A DNA stretch of 64,000 nt from a virus. Lineage: Duplodnaviria > Heunggongvirae > Uroviricota > Caudoviricetes. Shown here piece after piece: positions 1-9,157 of this stretch. Each line of letters starts with the position of its first letter. Within the stretch, counting starts at the first letter, position 1. Under the pieces are notes generated by a model. The model saw only the letters and a list, made by a program, of their open reading frames with translations. It did not search any database and was not told the DNA's origin. Made by a program: the position numbers and the translations under genes. The stretch is from IMG/VR virus record IMGVR_UViG_3300047546_003220. One strand, given 5' to 3'.

Positions 1-36
1 AATAAGCTCATCACGATTAAAATTGTTTTTTTCATA

Positions 37-1608
37 TTAATCTATTGTAAATTTATCTGTATTAAAATAATTATTTTCCCAATAAGGTGGATTAATTTTT
101 TTTGGACTTACTTTTTTCAAAAACTCACCATTGATATCATAAACCTTAACTTTATCTAAGGGCCTCCCTGTTGCGAAATCAGCCTCAAAAATGTACTTGT
201 TTCCATCTTTCGATTTGACCACGTCAGTCCAAACGCCACTTCGGTAACCTCCTCGAAAACCACCTTCCGAGCGAATATCTCCATTGGGAAAATAATAAGT
301 CCATTTACCCAAGTATTTTCTCGAAGCTCCGATTTTACCAATGGCTTCAACTTTCCCTGTTCTTCCGTAGAAAATAGTTTGACCAAATGGGTAAAAATCC
401 GATTGGTTTCTTATCTGAGAAACATACCTTATCCTACCTGTACTTGTATAACCCGTTTGAGTCATATCTGAATAATTCATATTCTTATAAACTCCGTCAT
501 AATCACCCATAGTCCAAAGACCTTCAAATTTTCCGTTGCTATTGTACGTACCTTTTCTGTAGGTTCTTCCGTTTCTGAAATTCTCTTCATATTCCCCAAC
601 TAAACCAACATCTCTCAAACGAGTACCCTTCACTTCAATTCCCCCGTTAGAGTAATACTTAACAAAAGGTCCATCCTCTTCACCATTTTTATAAGTATGA
701 ATTCCAGCAAGTTGTCCTCCCCCATAGAAGTATTTCCACAAACCTTGCTTTCTTCCTTTCTTGTCTTCAAAACCATTATCTTTGACGGGAATTTCGAATT
801 GACTTGGGAAATTTTCAGCATCAATACTGTATTTTGGTACCCTATCACCAACAAATTTGAAAAAATCTATTTGTTTTATCTTATGACTTTCATAGTCATT
901 TTTGTCCATGAACTGACCTGACTCGTGGTGTAATTGATAAGGAGACCTTCTATCATCCAAATTGAATAACAAAAAATAACTTGAACCTTTTGGGTCGTTA
1001 AGATAACTTTTGAAGTAACTGTATTGACCTATGGTACATATATCAATTTTGGCACCTTTGTCTCTTCCCTTACATCTCCCGAGAATGTCTCTATACAATT
1101 TCCAAACATCTTTGTTAACACCAAAAACTTCGAATACCTGATACTTGTAGTCACCGTTATCATAAACCCCCAAATATTTGATTCCACCCGAAGATTGCAA
1201 TTTCTCGATATCATTTTGTGAAACGAAATTATCTTTACCCTGAATCTCATCAAAGACAATATTTCCCTCTCTAAGTTTAACAATCTCTTGTAAAAATTTC
1301 TTAACGTCTTCGGCTGTCTTGTATAGGTGAATGTCTTTATGTTCAAACTTCTTCTTGTTCTTCTCGTATAGGTCAAAGTATTCTTTGTATTTGTAGATGT
1401 CTTCAGCTTTGATAATTCCTGTTCCGACCTTTTTTGTAAGCCAACTAAGTAAGTAAAATTTGTCCCCCGTTACCTCAACCAATTTGTTGAAGTCTTCTTC
1501 AGAAATAGGCTTACCTTCACCAACATATTTGTTTTTCAAATTGATGGTGTTTTGGTCTACTTGTTCTCTGAGTAGTTTCCAAATAAGTGAGCGTAATTCC
1601 ATACCCAT
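37..1608 (-). CDS. MORN-variant (YwqK-like) repeat protein. The true start is probably the internal ATG at 1606-1608 (MGMELRSLIWKLLREQV), not the 1680 ORF-track start.
   Basis: The C-terminal half carries repeated G-x-W-x-YY-x-NG and G-x-Y-x-NG units typical of MORN_2 repeats. Starting at 1608 removes the overlap with the upstream gene and exposes the N-terminal motif shared with other proteins here. Confidence 0.5.
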   Translation of the reverse strand: MGMELRSLIWKLLREQVDQNTINLKNKYVGEGKPISEEDFNKLVEVTGDKFYLLSWLTKKVGTGIIKAEDIYKYKEYFDLYEKNKKKFEHKDIHLYKTAEDVKKFLQEIVKLREGNIVFDEIQGKDNFVSQNDIEKLQSSGGIKYLGVYDNGDYKYQVFEVFGVNKDVWKLYRDILGRCKGRDKGAKIDICTIGQYSYFKSYLNDPKGSSYFLLFNLDDRRSPYQLHHESGQFMDKNDYESHKIKQIDFFKFVGDRVPKYSIDAENFPSQFEIPVKDNGFEDKKGRKQGLWKYFYGGGQLAGIHTYKNGEEDGPFVKYYSNGGIEVKGTRLRDVGLVGEYEENFRNGRTYRKGTYNSNGKFEGLWTMGDYDGVYKNMNYSDMTQTGYTSTGRIRYVSQIRNQSDFYPFGQTIFYGRTGKVEAIGKIGASRKYLGKWTYYFPNGDIRSEGGFRGGYRSGVWTDVVKSKDGNKYIFEADFATGRPLDKVKVYDINGEFLKKVSPKKINPPYWENNYFNTDKFTID

Positions 1609-1615
1609 AAATACT

Positions 1616-2329
1616 CTAAAGAAATAGTTTGTGAACACTATCCTGTTGGAACTTGAGACAAAGGTATGAACCACCGTCATCTTTGTTGATTAGTTTTGTT
1701 ATACCGTTATTCAGATGAACTCTGACTCTTAGACCTAAGTCAAGTTTGTCTCCATCAGGAGAAACACATAATACTTTCCAAGAGGTTTTACCTTTCGTTG
1801 TGTCTGATAGAATTAACTTGTATCCTTCGGACATTAGTCTGAAGATTTTTGGATTTAATAGGTGAAGAGTCTTTGTACTTTCCTCTAAAAGAATGAGTTT
1901 CAATGACTGACCTTTGTACTTTTCAATCACTTTGGACTTGAAGAGTTCCGTGAGAGTTTCAGGTGTTGTTTTAGATAGCTCCTCGTGAATTTTGGATTTA
2001 ATGGACTCAGCTCCTATTCGGTTACCCGATTTTCTGAACGTATCAATTAGGTGAATACTATCTTTGAATAGGTCTTTGTCGAAATTTGCAGTATTAACAT
2101 AATCAAAGGACCCAGTCTTAATTTGTTTTTTTCTTTTGAGTGAGAACACGGATAGTGTGTCGTCCTCAAACAGAATTTGGAAATCGATGGTGGTTTTCGT
2201 CCCACCAAGGTGAGTTATTTGTTTAACCGACTTACCGAATTTCTCCTCGAACCAAGGAGTGTACTCGTGGATGTTCTTTTCAGAATCAACCGCCGCCCAA
2301 TGATTTCTACCGTCTGAAGGAAATGCCAT
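1616..2329 (-). CDS. hypothetical protein
   Basis: A 237-aa ORF in the co-oriented gene train with an ATG start; no recognisable motif. Confidence 0.4.
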   Translation of the reverse strand: MAFPSDGRNHWAAVDSEKNIHEYTPWFEEKFGKSVKQITHLGGTKTTIDFQILFEDDTLSVFSLKRKKQIKTGSFDYVNTANFDKDLFKDSIHLIDTFRKSGNRIGAESIKSKIHEELSKTTPETLTELFKSKVIEKYKGQSLKLILLEESTKTLHLLNPKIFRLMSEGYKLILSDTTKGKTSWKVLCVSPDGDKLDLGLRVRVHLNNGITKLINKDDGGSYLCLKFQQDSVHKLFL

Positions 2330-2363
2330 AAGGCAAAGATAAGGGAAATATGTTAAAAATAAA

Positions 2364-2389
2364 AACCCCCGATTTCTCGGGGGATTTAC
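2364..2389 (-). terminator. rho-independent terminator (CCCCC gagaaatc GGGGG followed by a T-run on the minus strand)
   Basis: A GC hairpin followed by TTTTTATTTTT in minus orientation, downstream of the 2530..2982 and 2390..2497 unit. Confidence 0.55.
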
Positions 2390-2497
2390 TTATTTCTTTA
2401 TTTTAGAAACAAGTTTTAGAATATGTGGTCCCACCACAACTCCGACAACTACACCTAATAAAAAGTGCCAGTGCCATAAAAATTCTAATTGTTCCAT
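2390..2497 (-). CDS. small hydrophobic peptide (35 aa, MEQLEFLWHWHFLLGVVVGVVVGPHILKLVSKIKK)
   Basis: An ATG-initiated ORF between the OMP gene and the terminator with a single predicted TM helix. It falls below the ORF-track size cut-off. Confidence 0.25.
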   Translation of the reverse strand: MEQLEFLWHWHFLLGVVVGVVVGPHILKLVSKIKK

Positions 2498-2529
2498 AGT
2501 TTTTTAAAAAAGGTTTAATTTTGTTTAGA

Positions 2530-2982
2530 CTATAAATGATAGTTTAGACCCAAACCCACAAGGTTCGCATGCTTACCATCTTTTACAGTTCTTAGAATTG
2601 ATTGTTCTAAGCACCATTTATTGTTTATCTTGTATCCAATGGTAGGGACATAAGTAAATTGCCCTTTTTGACCATCGAACAAAGTAACACCCCCATCAAG
2701 ACCAACATATAGGTTCTTTTTAAGGTGCTTACGGTACCCAACTAACACAGGCATTCTTACAAAAGACGCCTTGTTTTGCATGAATTGGAAAGATACATTC
2801 AAATTCTTTTTATGAAAGTTAACTTTCTGACCCCATGCTTTTGAGTCCCAACCAACATTTCCAGCTAACGGTGCGTTCACAGTTGCCCCCACAGAGATGT
2901 CCCATCCCTTTTTATCGTGTTTTTGTGCAAATGTTACTAGCGAACATGTGATAGCAAGAAATAACAAAAATTGTTTCTTCAT
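2530..2982 (-). CDS. outer-membrane beta-barrel protein (OmpW/OmpA-like porin family) with a Bacteroidetes-type signal peptide
   Basis: The N-terminus MKKQFLLFLAITCSLVTFAQ is a signal peptide. The alternating hydrophobic beta-strand pattern and the C-terminal aromatic-rich end (…NLVGLGLNYHL) fit an outer-membrane barrel. Confidence 0.5.
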   Translation of the reverse strand: MKKQFLLFLAITCSLVTFAQKHDKKGWDISVGATVNAPLAGNVGWDSKAWGQKVNFHKKNLNVSFQFMQNKASFVRMPVLVGYRKHLKKNLYVGLDGGVTLFDGQKGQFTYVPTIGYKINNKWCLEQSILRTVKDGKHANLVGLGLNYHL

Positions 2983-3014
2983 TTTCGTTTTATTTAACGG
3001 TTTATAAATAAAAA

Positions 3015-3050
3015 TCCCATCTTCACCTACAACTTAGTTGAGATGGGATG
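3015..3050 (-). terminator. hairpin terminator (CCCATCT…AGATGGG stem, T-rich tail in minus orientation)
   Basis: An inverted repeat seen in the sequence, downstream of the 3097..3420 stop. Confidence 0.4.
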
Positions 3051-3096
3051 GGACTTATATTCTCTTATAAATATCTTTGAATTTATGAAAATCGAC

Positions 3097-3420
3097 TTAC
3101 AAGAACCTTTTGACTCTCATTCCCTTGGATGCAAAGTAATCTTTAAAAGCCTGTCTTGTACCAGAAGCTGTTAAATTGAACATATCCTGTATCTTATGGA
3201 AAAGTTCATCAGTTACAAATAAAATCTCATCACCTTTTTCGTATGCAATTTGATTTCTTTCGTTTCTACCGAAAAGAACTACATTTTTCTGTTCCTCAGG
3301 ACTGTAATCTTTCAAATACGAATCCAAAAATAAAAAAATCATTGTATTAACTTTGGATTCATCAATTCGGTTACTTTTCAAAAAGTCTTTTATTCTATTT
3401 TCTGTAATGATGTATCTCAT
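3097..3420 (-). CDS. small protein, member of a 4-gene paralogous family (N-terminus MRYIITENRIKDFL)
   Basis: Shares an N-terminal M-x-Y-I-I-T/S-E-N/E-R motif with 3417..3725 and 3734..4120. Its C-terminal 'IF..WF' motif is shared with 9229..9639. Confidence 0.45.
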   Translation of the reverse strand: MRYIITENRIKDFLKSNRIDESKVNTMIFLFLDSYLKDYSPEEQKNVVLFGRNERNQIAYEKGDEILFVTDELFHKIQDMFNLTASGTRQAFKDYFASKGMRVKRFL

Positions 3421-3725
3421 GGCTCGACAAATTCTATTTTAACATTGAATTTATTTTCAAACCATTGTTTGAGTAAAACTTTCATTCTTTCTTGACTTAA
3501 AGCAAACATATCGGTCAACATTTTTTGGAGATTACGGTTCACCCATAATCTTCCATCTGTATGGTCAAACTCAATAATATCCTCCCAATCATCCTCGTCA
3601 TCACCAATTCGTTGGGAGATAACAATATAAGGATGAAGACGGTTAACGACCTTTCTTTCGATGATATCGTTTAGATAGTCGATTATGAACTGATTTAACC
3701 TATTTTCTGATATTACGTATTTCAT
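3417..3725 (-). CDS. small paralog family protein. The ATG start is at 3725 (MKYVISENRL); the track start at 3746 is TTG.
   Basis: Shares the paralog N-terminal motif; codon 3744-3746 is the reverse complement of TTG. Confidence 0.45.
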   Translation of the reverse strand: MKYVISENRLNQFIIDYLNDIIERKVVNRLHPYIVISQRIGDDEDDWEDIIEFDHTDGRLWVNRNLQKMLTDMFALSQERMKVLLKQWFENKFNVKIEFVEP

Positions 3726-3733
3726 ATTGGATA

Positions 3734-4120
3734 TTAGTTGTCCCAACCAAAGTTATCGACTTTTTTTAATTCAAGTCCTGTATTCTTTTGAAACCACTCA
3801 ATAAAAATAGGTTTCCATCCTTCACCAAAATAAGCGTTCAAGGAATTTGCAATCGGGTCAGGAATCAAAACAATTGGACAATCCTCTTTTTTCAAACTTA
3901 CATTAGGATTTGTGTGAAGAGAATACCACATATGGTTATCATCATAATCATCCTCATCATCGGTGAAATGTAAAAAAAGCTCGTTATCGTTGAGTTTCAA
4001 TCCTTTTTTATACTCTTTGGTTGACTCCCATCCAATATAAGGCGTTAGGTTATCGTCAAGATATTTGATGATTTGTTTTACCAACCTTCTGTTTTGTTCC
4101 TCTGTTATTATATAAATCAT
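3734..4120 (-). CDS. small paralog family protein. The ATG start is at 4120 (MIYIITEEQNRRLVKQII); the track start at 4132 is TTG.
   Basis: Shares the paralog N-terminal motif; the C-terminal GEGWKPIFIEWFQKN resembles the DKWVPIFKEWFEK of 9229..9639. Confidence 0.45.
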   Translation of the reverse strand: MIYIITEEQNRRLVKQIIKYLDDNLTPYIGWESTKEYKKGLKLNDNELFLHFTDDEDDYDDNHMWYSLHTNPNVSLKKEDCPIVLIPDPIANSLNAYFGEGWKPIFIEWFQKNTGLELKKVDNFGWDN

Positions 4121-4545
4121 ACTTTCGTCCAATTTAATGAATAGACATCCACGTCGAGAGGTGTCCCATAATACGTTACATCAATATTGAAAAAGGACTT
4201 TAGGTCTTTGAATATTTCCCTTTTGGTTACAGCGGCCCAATTTCTATCATTTTCCATATTATTGAAATCAAAATAAAACTTCAGATTTGGTTTTTGAATT
4301 GAAAAGTTTTCATGCCCATAGTGAGAGGGTTTCTCCTTAATCTCAATCTTTACCAATAATTCACTGTACTTAGATTCGAAGTAATCAACTATCCTTGGAA
4401 TAATACTTTCAATATGACTTTTATATTCTTTAATGAACTCAACTCTACCTTCCGTTGGTAAGCTGTGAAACTTAACCACCCAATCTGGAGTATCAGGTTC
4501 CACTTTGAGAGCTTCCTTTAAAACCTTTCTTATGAGTTCTTTCAT
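4117..4545 (-). CDS. hypothetical protein carrying the shared N-terminal motif (MKELIRKVLKEALKVE)
   Basis: An ATG start at 4543-4545. The N-terminus is nearly identical in pattern to MRELIRNIIREQV of 9668..10609. Confidence 0.45.
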   Translation of the reverse strand: MKELIRKVLKEALKVEPDTPDWVVKFHSLPTEGRVEFIKEYKSHIESIIPRIVDYFESKYSELLVKIEIKEKPSHYGHENFSIQKPNLKFYFDFNNMENDRNWAAVTKREIFKDLKSFFNIDVTYYGTPLDVDVYSLNWTKV

Positions 4546-4574
4546 ATCTTATAAATACGAATGAAAATAAAAAA

Positions 4575-4594
4575 CCCCTCCGTTTCGGGAGGGG
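4575..4594 (-). terminator. rho-independent terminator CCCCTCC-GTTTC-GGGAGGGG (identical core to the one at 8360..8379)
   Basis: A perfect 7-8 bp GC stem with a T-run in minus orientation immediately after the 4601 stop. Confidence 0.7.
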
Positions 4595-4600
4595 TCTGAA

Positions 4601-5803
4601 TTAGTTTCCTTTGGTAGGGAACCTTGTCCAACCGTTAGTCCAAGTTGGTTTGGATAGTAAATCCATTTCCTCTTTGGTATATTGTTTTTCTAAATTACCT
4701 TCGGATAGTGCCTTGGTTTTCATGTCTGTTGCTGTAAACACTGTAGAGGTAGATTTGAAATTGAGAAGTGGGTCAAATGCCTGAATCTCATTATTCAAAA
4801 ATTTAGAGACCCCGTCCTTGTAAGACTGAGCAGTTTCATTACTTTCAATTGAAAATGAACCCTTTTGATATCCAAGTATTTTTGAGTTTGTTATTGTAAA
4901 CTGTGTTGCTCTTCTCCATCTCAAACCTAAATTATGGTTTGATAAAGAAGTGTTGCTGAATGGTCCAATCAAAATCATTTGGTTTAACTTTGGATGTGTG
5001 AATGGTTGTGCAGATGAACCTGTTCCATCGTTATCACATTCAACACCATTTCCTGCATCTCCGTTATCAACAAATAAAGGGTCTCTTTTGGAAACACCGT
5101 AATTAAGTTCACCTGTATAACCAAAGTCAAAGTCATAATCATCATCTGCTGTTGCGAATGCATAAAGATATCTTGGTGATACAGTTCCACCGAAGAATTC
5201 AAAAGCGTCGTCGTTAGCGTAAATTGTTTGAACATATTGAATAATTGTTCCTCTACCAACCGCACCTAACGTCAAAGCATTTATCTCCGAATTTGGAAGT
5301 GCTGCGATTCCAGCGTACTCAATTCTAACATACTTGATTATACCACTGTTGTCTTCATCATTTGTCCCGCCATAAGGTCTTCCGATTCCACCTTCAATTG
5401 TTGGTTCAGAACTTCTGTTTGTTTTTGCTCTACCAAGAATTACAATTCCACCCCAATCACCAGGACTTCTTTGTCCTTCAGGTTGACCTGATGTGAAAAC
5501 AATTGGTCTATCAGGTGTGCCTTCAGCAATTATCTTTGCACCTCTCTCAATACATAGTGCACCTTTTTCTGCAACATCTGATTTGATTACAGTTCCTGGT
5601 TGGATGATTAATGAAGCCCCATCTGTTACATAGACATAACCCTTCAATGTCCATACTTTGTCTGAAGTCAAAGTTGTTGTTGCATTGATGTTACCTGTAA
5701 GAGTAGTTGATGATGGTACGTTTATTGGTCCCTCATCACCTCCAAGGTCTTTAGTACAACTGATAAATGATAATAAAGTCAGAGAAAATAATAATTTTTT
5801 CAT
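4601..5803 (-). CDS. surface lipoprotein (lipobox LSFISC) encoded downstream of a TonB-dependent-receptor-like gene
   Basis: The N-terminus MKKLLFSLTLLSFISCTKD is a signal peptidase II lipobox with Cys at +1. The protein is 400 aa and beta-rich; gene order TBDR then lipoprotein is typical of Bacteroidetes outer-membrane uptake pairs. Confidence 0.5.
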   Translation of the reverse strand: MKKLLFSLTLLSFISCTKDLGGDEGPINVPSSTTLTGNINATTTLTSDKVWTLKGYVYVTDGASLIIQPGTVIKSDVAEKGALCIERGAKIIAEGTPDRPIVFTSGQPEGQRSPGDWGGIVILGRAKTNRSSEPTIEGGIGRPYGGTNDEDNSGIIKYVRIEYAGIAALPNSEINALTLGAVGRGTIIQYVQTIYANDDAFEFFGGTVSPRYLYAFATADDDYDFDFGYTGELNYGVSKRDPLFVDNGDAGNGVECDNDGTGSSAQPFTHPKLNQMILIGPFSNTSLSNHNLGLRWRRATQFTITNSKILGYQKGSFSIESNETAQSYKDGVSKFLNNEIQAFDPLLNFKSTSTVFTATDMKTKALSEGNLEKQYTKEEMDLLSKPTWTNGWTRFPTKGN

Positions 5804-8277
5804 AGATTTAAATTAATTGATAGAGAGATTGATTGTTCGTTGTTTGTTTTAATCAAATCCCTATTGTTTATTTTTTGATAAAATCTTGTTGGTTGTGCTA
5901 GCAAATCCCCAACAGATAATTTTATTTCTCCTTTTTTTAATTTTCTTAATATAACCATGTCTACAACATCTCTTGAGTTTTCGAAGATATCAGGATATCC
6001 TTGAAATCCAACTGCAGATATTCTTTCTCCGATTCTATTATATGTTATTGAAACAGAGTTGTTGTTCTTGTGGAAGTTTAATCCACCGTTGATAATGTAA
6101 TTTGATTGTCCTTGTAATTGTCTTTTGATTTGACCGACATTCACATTTGAATTGATAAGTGCTGAGTTTGTGTAAACATCAAGCCACTCGCTCATTTTTT
6201 TTCTAAATTCAAATTCAATTCCCATTACAGATGCTTGATTTGGATTTGTATATGTTAGAAGAAGATTTGATGGTACTGAACCGTCAGCAACTATTTGTTC
6301 AATTGGTCTGATAAAGTTTTTCGAGAAAACTCCAATTGAAAAGTTTTCACCGAGTTTTGGGTAGTGTTCCCACTTCAAATCGAAGTTATAGATATCAGTC
6401 TTTTCGAGGTTTGGATTACCTAAAAGTTGTGCGTTTCTAACAAAGTCATAGTATGCAAAGTTTGCTACTTCTCTGAACTCAGGTCTTGCTAATGTTTTGG
6501 ACATTGAAAATCTAAACTTATCTTTGTCCAAGTTATAAGATATGTTAGCTGAGGGTAAGAAGTCCAAGTATTCTCTGTTAACTCTCACTCTCGTACCACT
6601 GAAATCTGATGTGTTAACTTGAAATACATTGTACTCTGTTCTAAGACCACCATTAAATTTCCATTTGTTCCATGTCTTATCGTATTGGACATAACCATTC
6701 GAAAGGTCAAAGTCGGCAGAATATCTATCAGTGTTGTTTGTAATTTCGTTTAATAGGTCAACAGCATCATATCTGAATATTCTTGCTTGAAAGTTTCTGA
6801 ACTTTTTTAGGTGTCCTACACCTACTTTAAAGTCACCAAAGTCTTTGTCTACCGAACCATTAAATTGGTTTTCATCCATTACCGACCAAAACCTATAGGT
6901 GTCTCTCCAAGCAACTGAGAAGTTATCATTTGTTCCCAATGACTTTGTTATTGGATTAACTCTATAATCAGGTTGGTCTCTTAACATCAAATTATAACCC
7001 AAGATGAAATCCCATGTCTTTATCTTACCTTCGAACTGAGAGTTGAAGATTGTTTTAACCACCGTGTTTGATGAATTACTTTTAACATATTGAACGTTAT
7101 CATAATTCTCACCGTTTCTTTGTAGATAAGAACGTTCAACCTGATGATTCAAAATTGACTTCCAAGAGAATTTATTATCACCAATATAAGTTAGGTTGAA
7201 TAATCCACTCACAGAACTGTTATCAGTAAACAAAGTGTCTCTGTATTTGTAAGCAAGCTCTGTTGAACTTTGATAGTCCAATCTATCTGTGTAGTTAAGA
7301 CCAAATGATTTTCTCGCGTTTGAGCTAAACAAGTAATTCCACTTGGACTTTTTCAAACCAAATGAAAGACCTCCATTAAAGTTTGGCGTGGATAGGAAGT
7401 TACGTTCATTTCCATCAACCACTAGTTTTGTGTATGCCCTTCTGTCTCCGATTGTTCCAACTCTGAATTTGTATGTTGACGGAAACTTGGTGGGGAAGGT
7501 TATATTTTCCACCAATCTGAAATCTCTTAAACTCGAAACCGTTCCATAACTTGTTCCGAATGATAAGGACAAAAAATTGTCGTTTACCTCCTTTGTTGTA
7601 ACTTGAACAACTCCACCAGCGAAGTCACCAGGAAGTGATGGAGAAGCCGATTTCAATACCATCACGTTATCTATAAGACCCGCTGGTATGATATCAAAAG
7701 AAAATGACCTTCTATCTGGCTCTGTCGAAGGTAAAATTGTTTTATTTAAAAATGAAAGGTTATATCTATCAGAGAGTCCTCTTACCAAAACAAACTTATC
7801 GTTTTGGATTGTAACCCCATTAACCCTTTTCAATACGTCACCAACTGTTCTATCAGGAGTCTTCTTAATGTATTCAATCGATACTCCATCAGATACAACA
7901 TTGTTGTTTCTTATTGTTCTGATAACAGAAACTTCAGTAACTTTCTGTGGGACACTCCTTACTACAACCTCATTTAATTGAGTTGTATTGTCTTCAAATA
8001 CGATATCATAATTCATATCACCCTGAACCAATAAGTCCTGTAGATACTCCTTATATCCAACGTAGGTTGCTTTAATTTGGTACTTACCCTCGGCTAAAGT
8101 GATTGAGTAAATTCCGTCCTTGTCTGATAATGTAGTGAAGACCTCACCTTTTTCGTTCTTAAAAGTAATGTGAGAAAAATAGATTGTCTCAGTCTTTGAT
8201 TTTGTTACCCCTTTGATGTTCACTTGAGAGAACAAAAGGTTTGGTAAAATTAGAAATAAAAATAAAAGTTGTTTCAT
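5800..8277 (-). CDS. TonB-dependent receptor-like outer-membrane protein with an N-terminal carboxypeptidase-regulatory-like domain. The ATG start is at 8277; the track start at 8331 is an upstream extension.
   Basis: Signal peptide MKQLLFLFLILPNLLFSQ; a CarbopepD_reg-like segment (…YSITLAEGKYQIKATYVGYKEYLQ…); a plug-like region (…DRTVGDVLKRVNGVTIQ…FVLVRGL…); and a long C-terminal barrel of alternating strands. I verified 'cat' at 8275-8277. Confidence 0.6.
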   Translation of the reverse strand: MKQLLFLFLILPNLLFSQVNIKGVTKSKTETIYFSHITFKNEKGEVFTTLSDKDGIYSITLAEGKYQIKATYVGYKEYLQDLLVQGDMNYDIVFEDNTTQLNEVVVRSVPQKVTEVSVIRTIRNNNVVSDGVSIEYIKKTPDRTVGDVLKRVNGVTIQNDKFVLVRGLSDRYNLSFLNKTILPSTEPDRRSFSFDIIPAGLIDNVMVLKSASPSLPGDFAGGVVQVTTKEVNDNFLSLSFGTSYGTVSSLRDFRLVENITFPTKFPSTYKFRVGTIGDRRAYTKLVVDGNERNFLSTPNFNGGLSFGLKKSKWNYLFSSNARKSFGLNYTDRLDYQSSTELAYKYRDTLFTDNSSVSGLFNLTYIGDNKFSWKSILNHQVERSYLQRNGENYDNVQYVKSNSSNTVVKTIFNSQFEGKIKTWDFILGYNLMLRDQPDYRVNPITKSLGTNDNFSVAWRDTYRFWSVMDENQFNGSVDKDFGDFKVGVGHLKKFRNFQARIFRYDAVDLLNEITNNTDRYSADFDLSNGYVQYDKTWNKWKFNGGLRTEYNVFQVNTSDFSGTRVRVNREYLDFLPSANISYNLDKDKFRFSMSKTLARPEFREVANFAYYDFVRNAQLLGNPNLEKTDIYNFDLKWEHYPKLGENFSIGVFSKNFIRPIEQIVADGSVPSNLLLTYTNPNQASVMGIEFEFRKKMSEWLDVYTNSALINSNVNVGQIKRQLQGQSNYIINGGLNFHKNNNSVSITYNRIGERISAVGFQGYPDIFENSRDVVDMVILRKLKKGEIKLSVGDLLAQPTRFYQKINNRDLIKTNNEQSISLSINLNL

Positions 8278-8359
8278 GTCCACAATAATTATGAACTCAA
8301 CTTTACATGCCCATAGTTTTTGTATTAACAAATGGTTAAGATATCAATAAATAAAAAAA

Positions 8360-8379
8360 CCCCTCCGTTTCGGGAGGGG
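8360..8379 (-). terminator. rho-independent terminator CCCCTCC-GTTTC-GGGAGGGG (second copy)
   Basis: Sequence identical to 4575..4594 with flanking A/T runs; downstream of the 8387 stop. Confidence 0.7.
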
Positions 8380-8386
8380 TTGGCTC

Positions 8387-9136
8387 TTAGATTGTTTCTA
8401 CAATCGAAGCGGTTACGCCATCCCACTTCTTGATTTGAGTTTTGGGAACCCAAAACTCCATCTCACCAATCTCCTCAACACGCTTCAGGTACTCCTCACG
8501 GAAACGCTGAGCCTGAGATTTGTCGGTGATGTACTCCACACCCACATGTTTAGCACAAATCTTACCGAACCCAGTCAACATTGAAAACTCATCAGTCAAA
8601 GTCTTCAAACAACAAGTACAAACATCACCACGCTTGATAGTCAACTTACCTGTGAAAAGAACCGCCTTTGGAGACACAGCTTTAAGAGCTGTGATGTCGA
8701 TAAGGATTGGGTTGAACTTGAGACCATACTTCTCTTTGAGTTCGACGCCCTTCTTACGACCAAGTTTGATGGTTTCTCCGATTGTTGGCCAGTTCATACG
8801 AACTGTCTTTTCTTTGTCCTCCTCCTTTTGAATCTGAGCCACAGCGGCTGAGATTTGCTTTGAGGTAAGTGTACCCCACTTTTCGAATTTGGAAGCGATG
8901 TCCTTAACGAATGGGTTCTCACCCTTGTACTCGACGATACGCTTCACGTCCTCAGGAAGTTCGGCTTTGTTGATGGTCTTAACTTCAGAGTTAAGAGCCT
9001 TCTCGGTAGCCATGAGTTGCTTTGGGGTTAAACCTCCCCACTTCTTGAGAGCGTCTTTCATGTTGAGGATAAAACGGTTTTGACCTTGGTAGTTACGAAC
9101 TTTGTCTTGAACTGAAACTTGGGTTGTGGTAGTCAT
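8387..9136 (-). CDS. hypothetical protein with an internal duplication (…KKWGGLTPKQLMATEKAL… / …EKWGTLTSKQISAAVAQI…). The ATG start is at 9136; the track start at 9160 is TTG.
   Basis: 9158-9160 is the reverse complement of TTG. A -7 promoter box lies 22-29 nt upstream of the ATG at 9136. Confidence 0.45.
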   Translation of the reverse strand: MTTTTQVSVQDKVRNYQGQNRFILNMKDALKKWGGLTPKQLMATEKALNSEVKTINKAELPEDVKRIVEYKGENPFVKDIASKFEKWGTLTSKQISAAVAQIQKEEDKEKTVRMNWPTIGETIKLGRKKGVELKEKYGLKFNPILIDITALKAVSPKAVLFTGKLTIKRGDVCTCCLKTLTDEFSMLTGFGKICAKHVGVEYITDKSQAQRFREEYLKRVEEIGEMEFWVPKTQIKKWDGVTASIVETI

Positions 9137-9157
9137 GGTGGATGTGTTTTGTGAATA

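Noticed and set aside
156-1376. Small ORFs 156..386, 630..854, 697..921, 1024..1221 and 1029..1376 nested in 37..1608
   Set aside because: They lie entirely inside the 547-aa MORN-repeat gene on other frames, with no independent signals.
2530-8277. Reading the OMP/TBDR/lipoprotein block as the edge of host chromosome (a prophage junction)
   Set aside because: Gene orientation, overlap style, the phage-family paralogs interleaved at 3097-4545 and the identical terminator hairpin at 4575 and 8360 are continuous with the rest of the window. No integrase or att-like direct repeats are seen.
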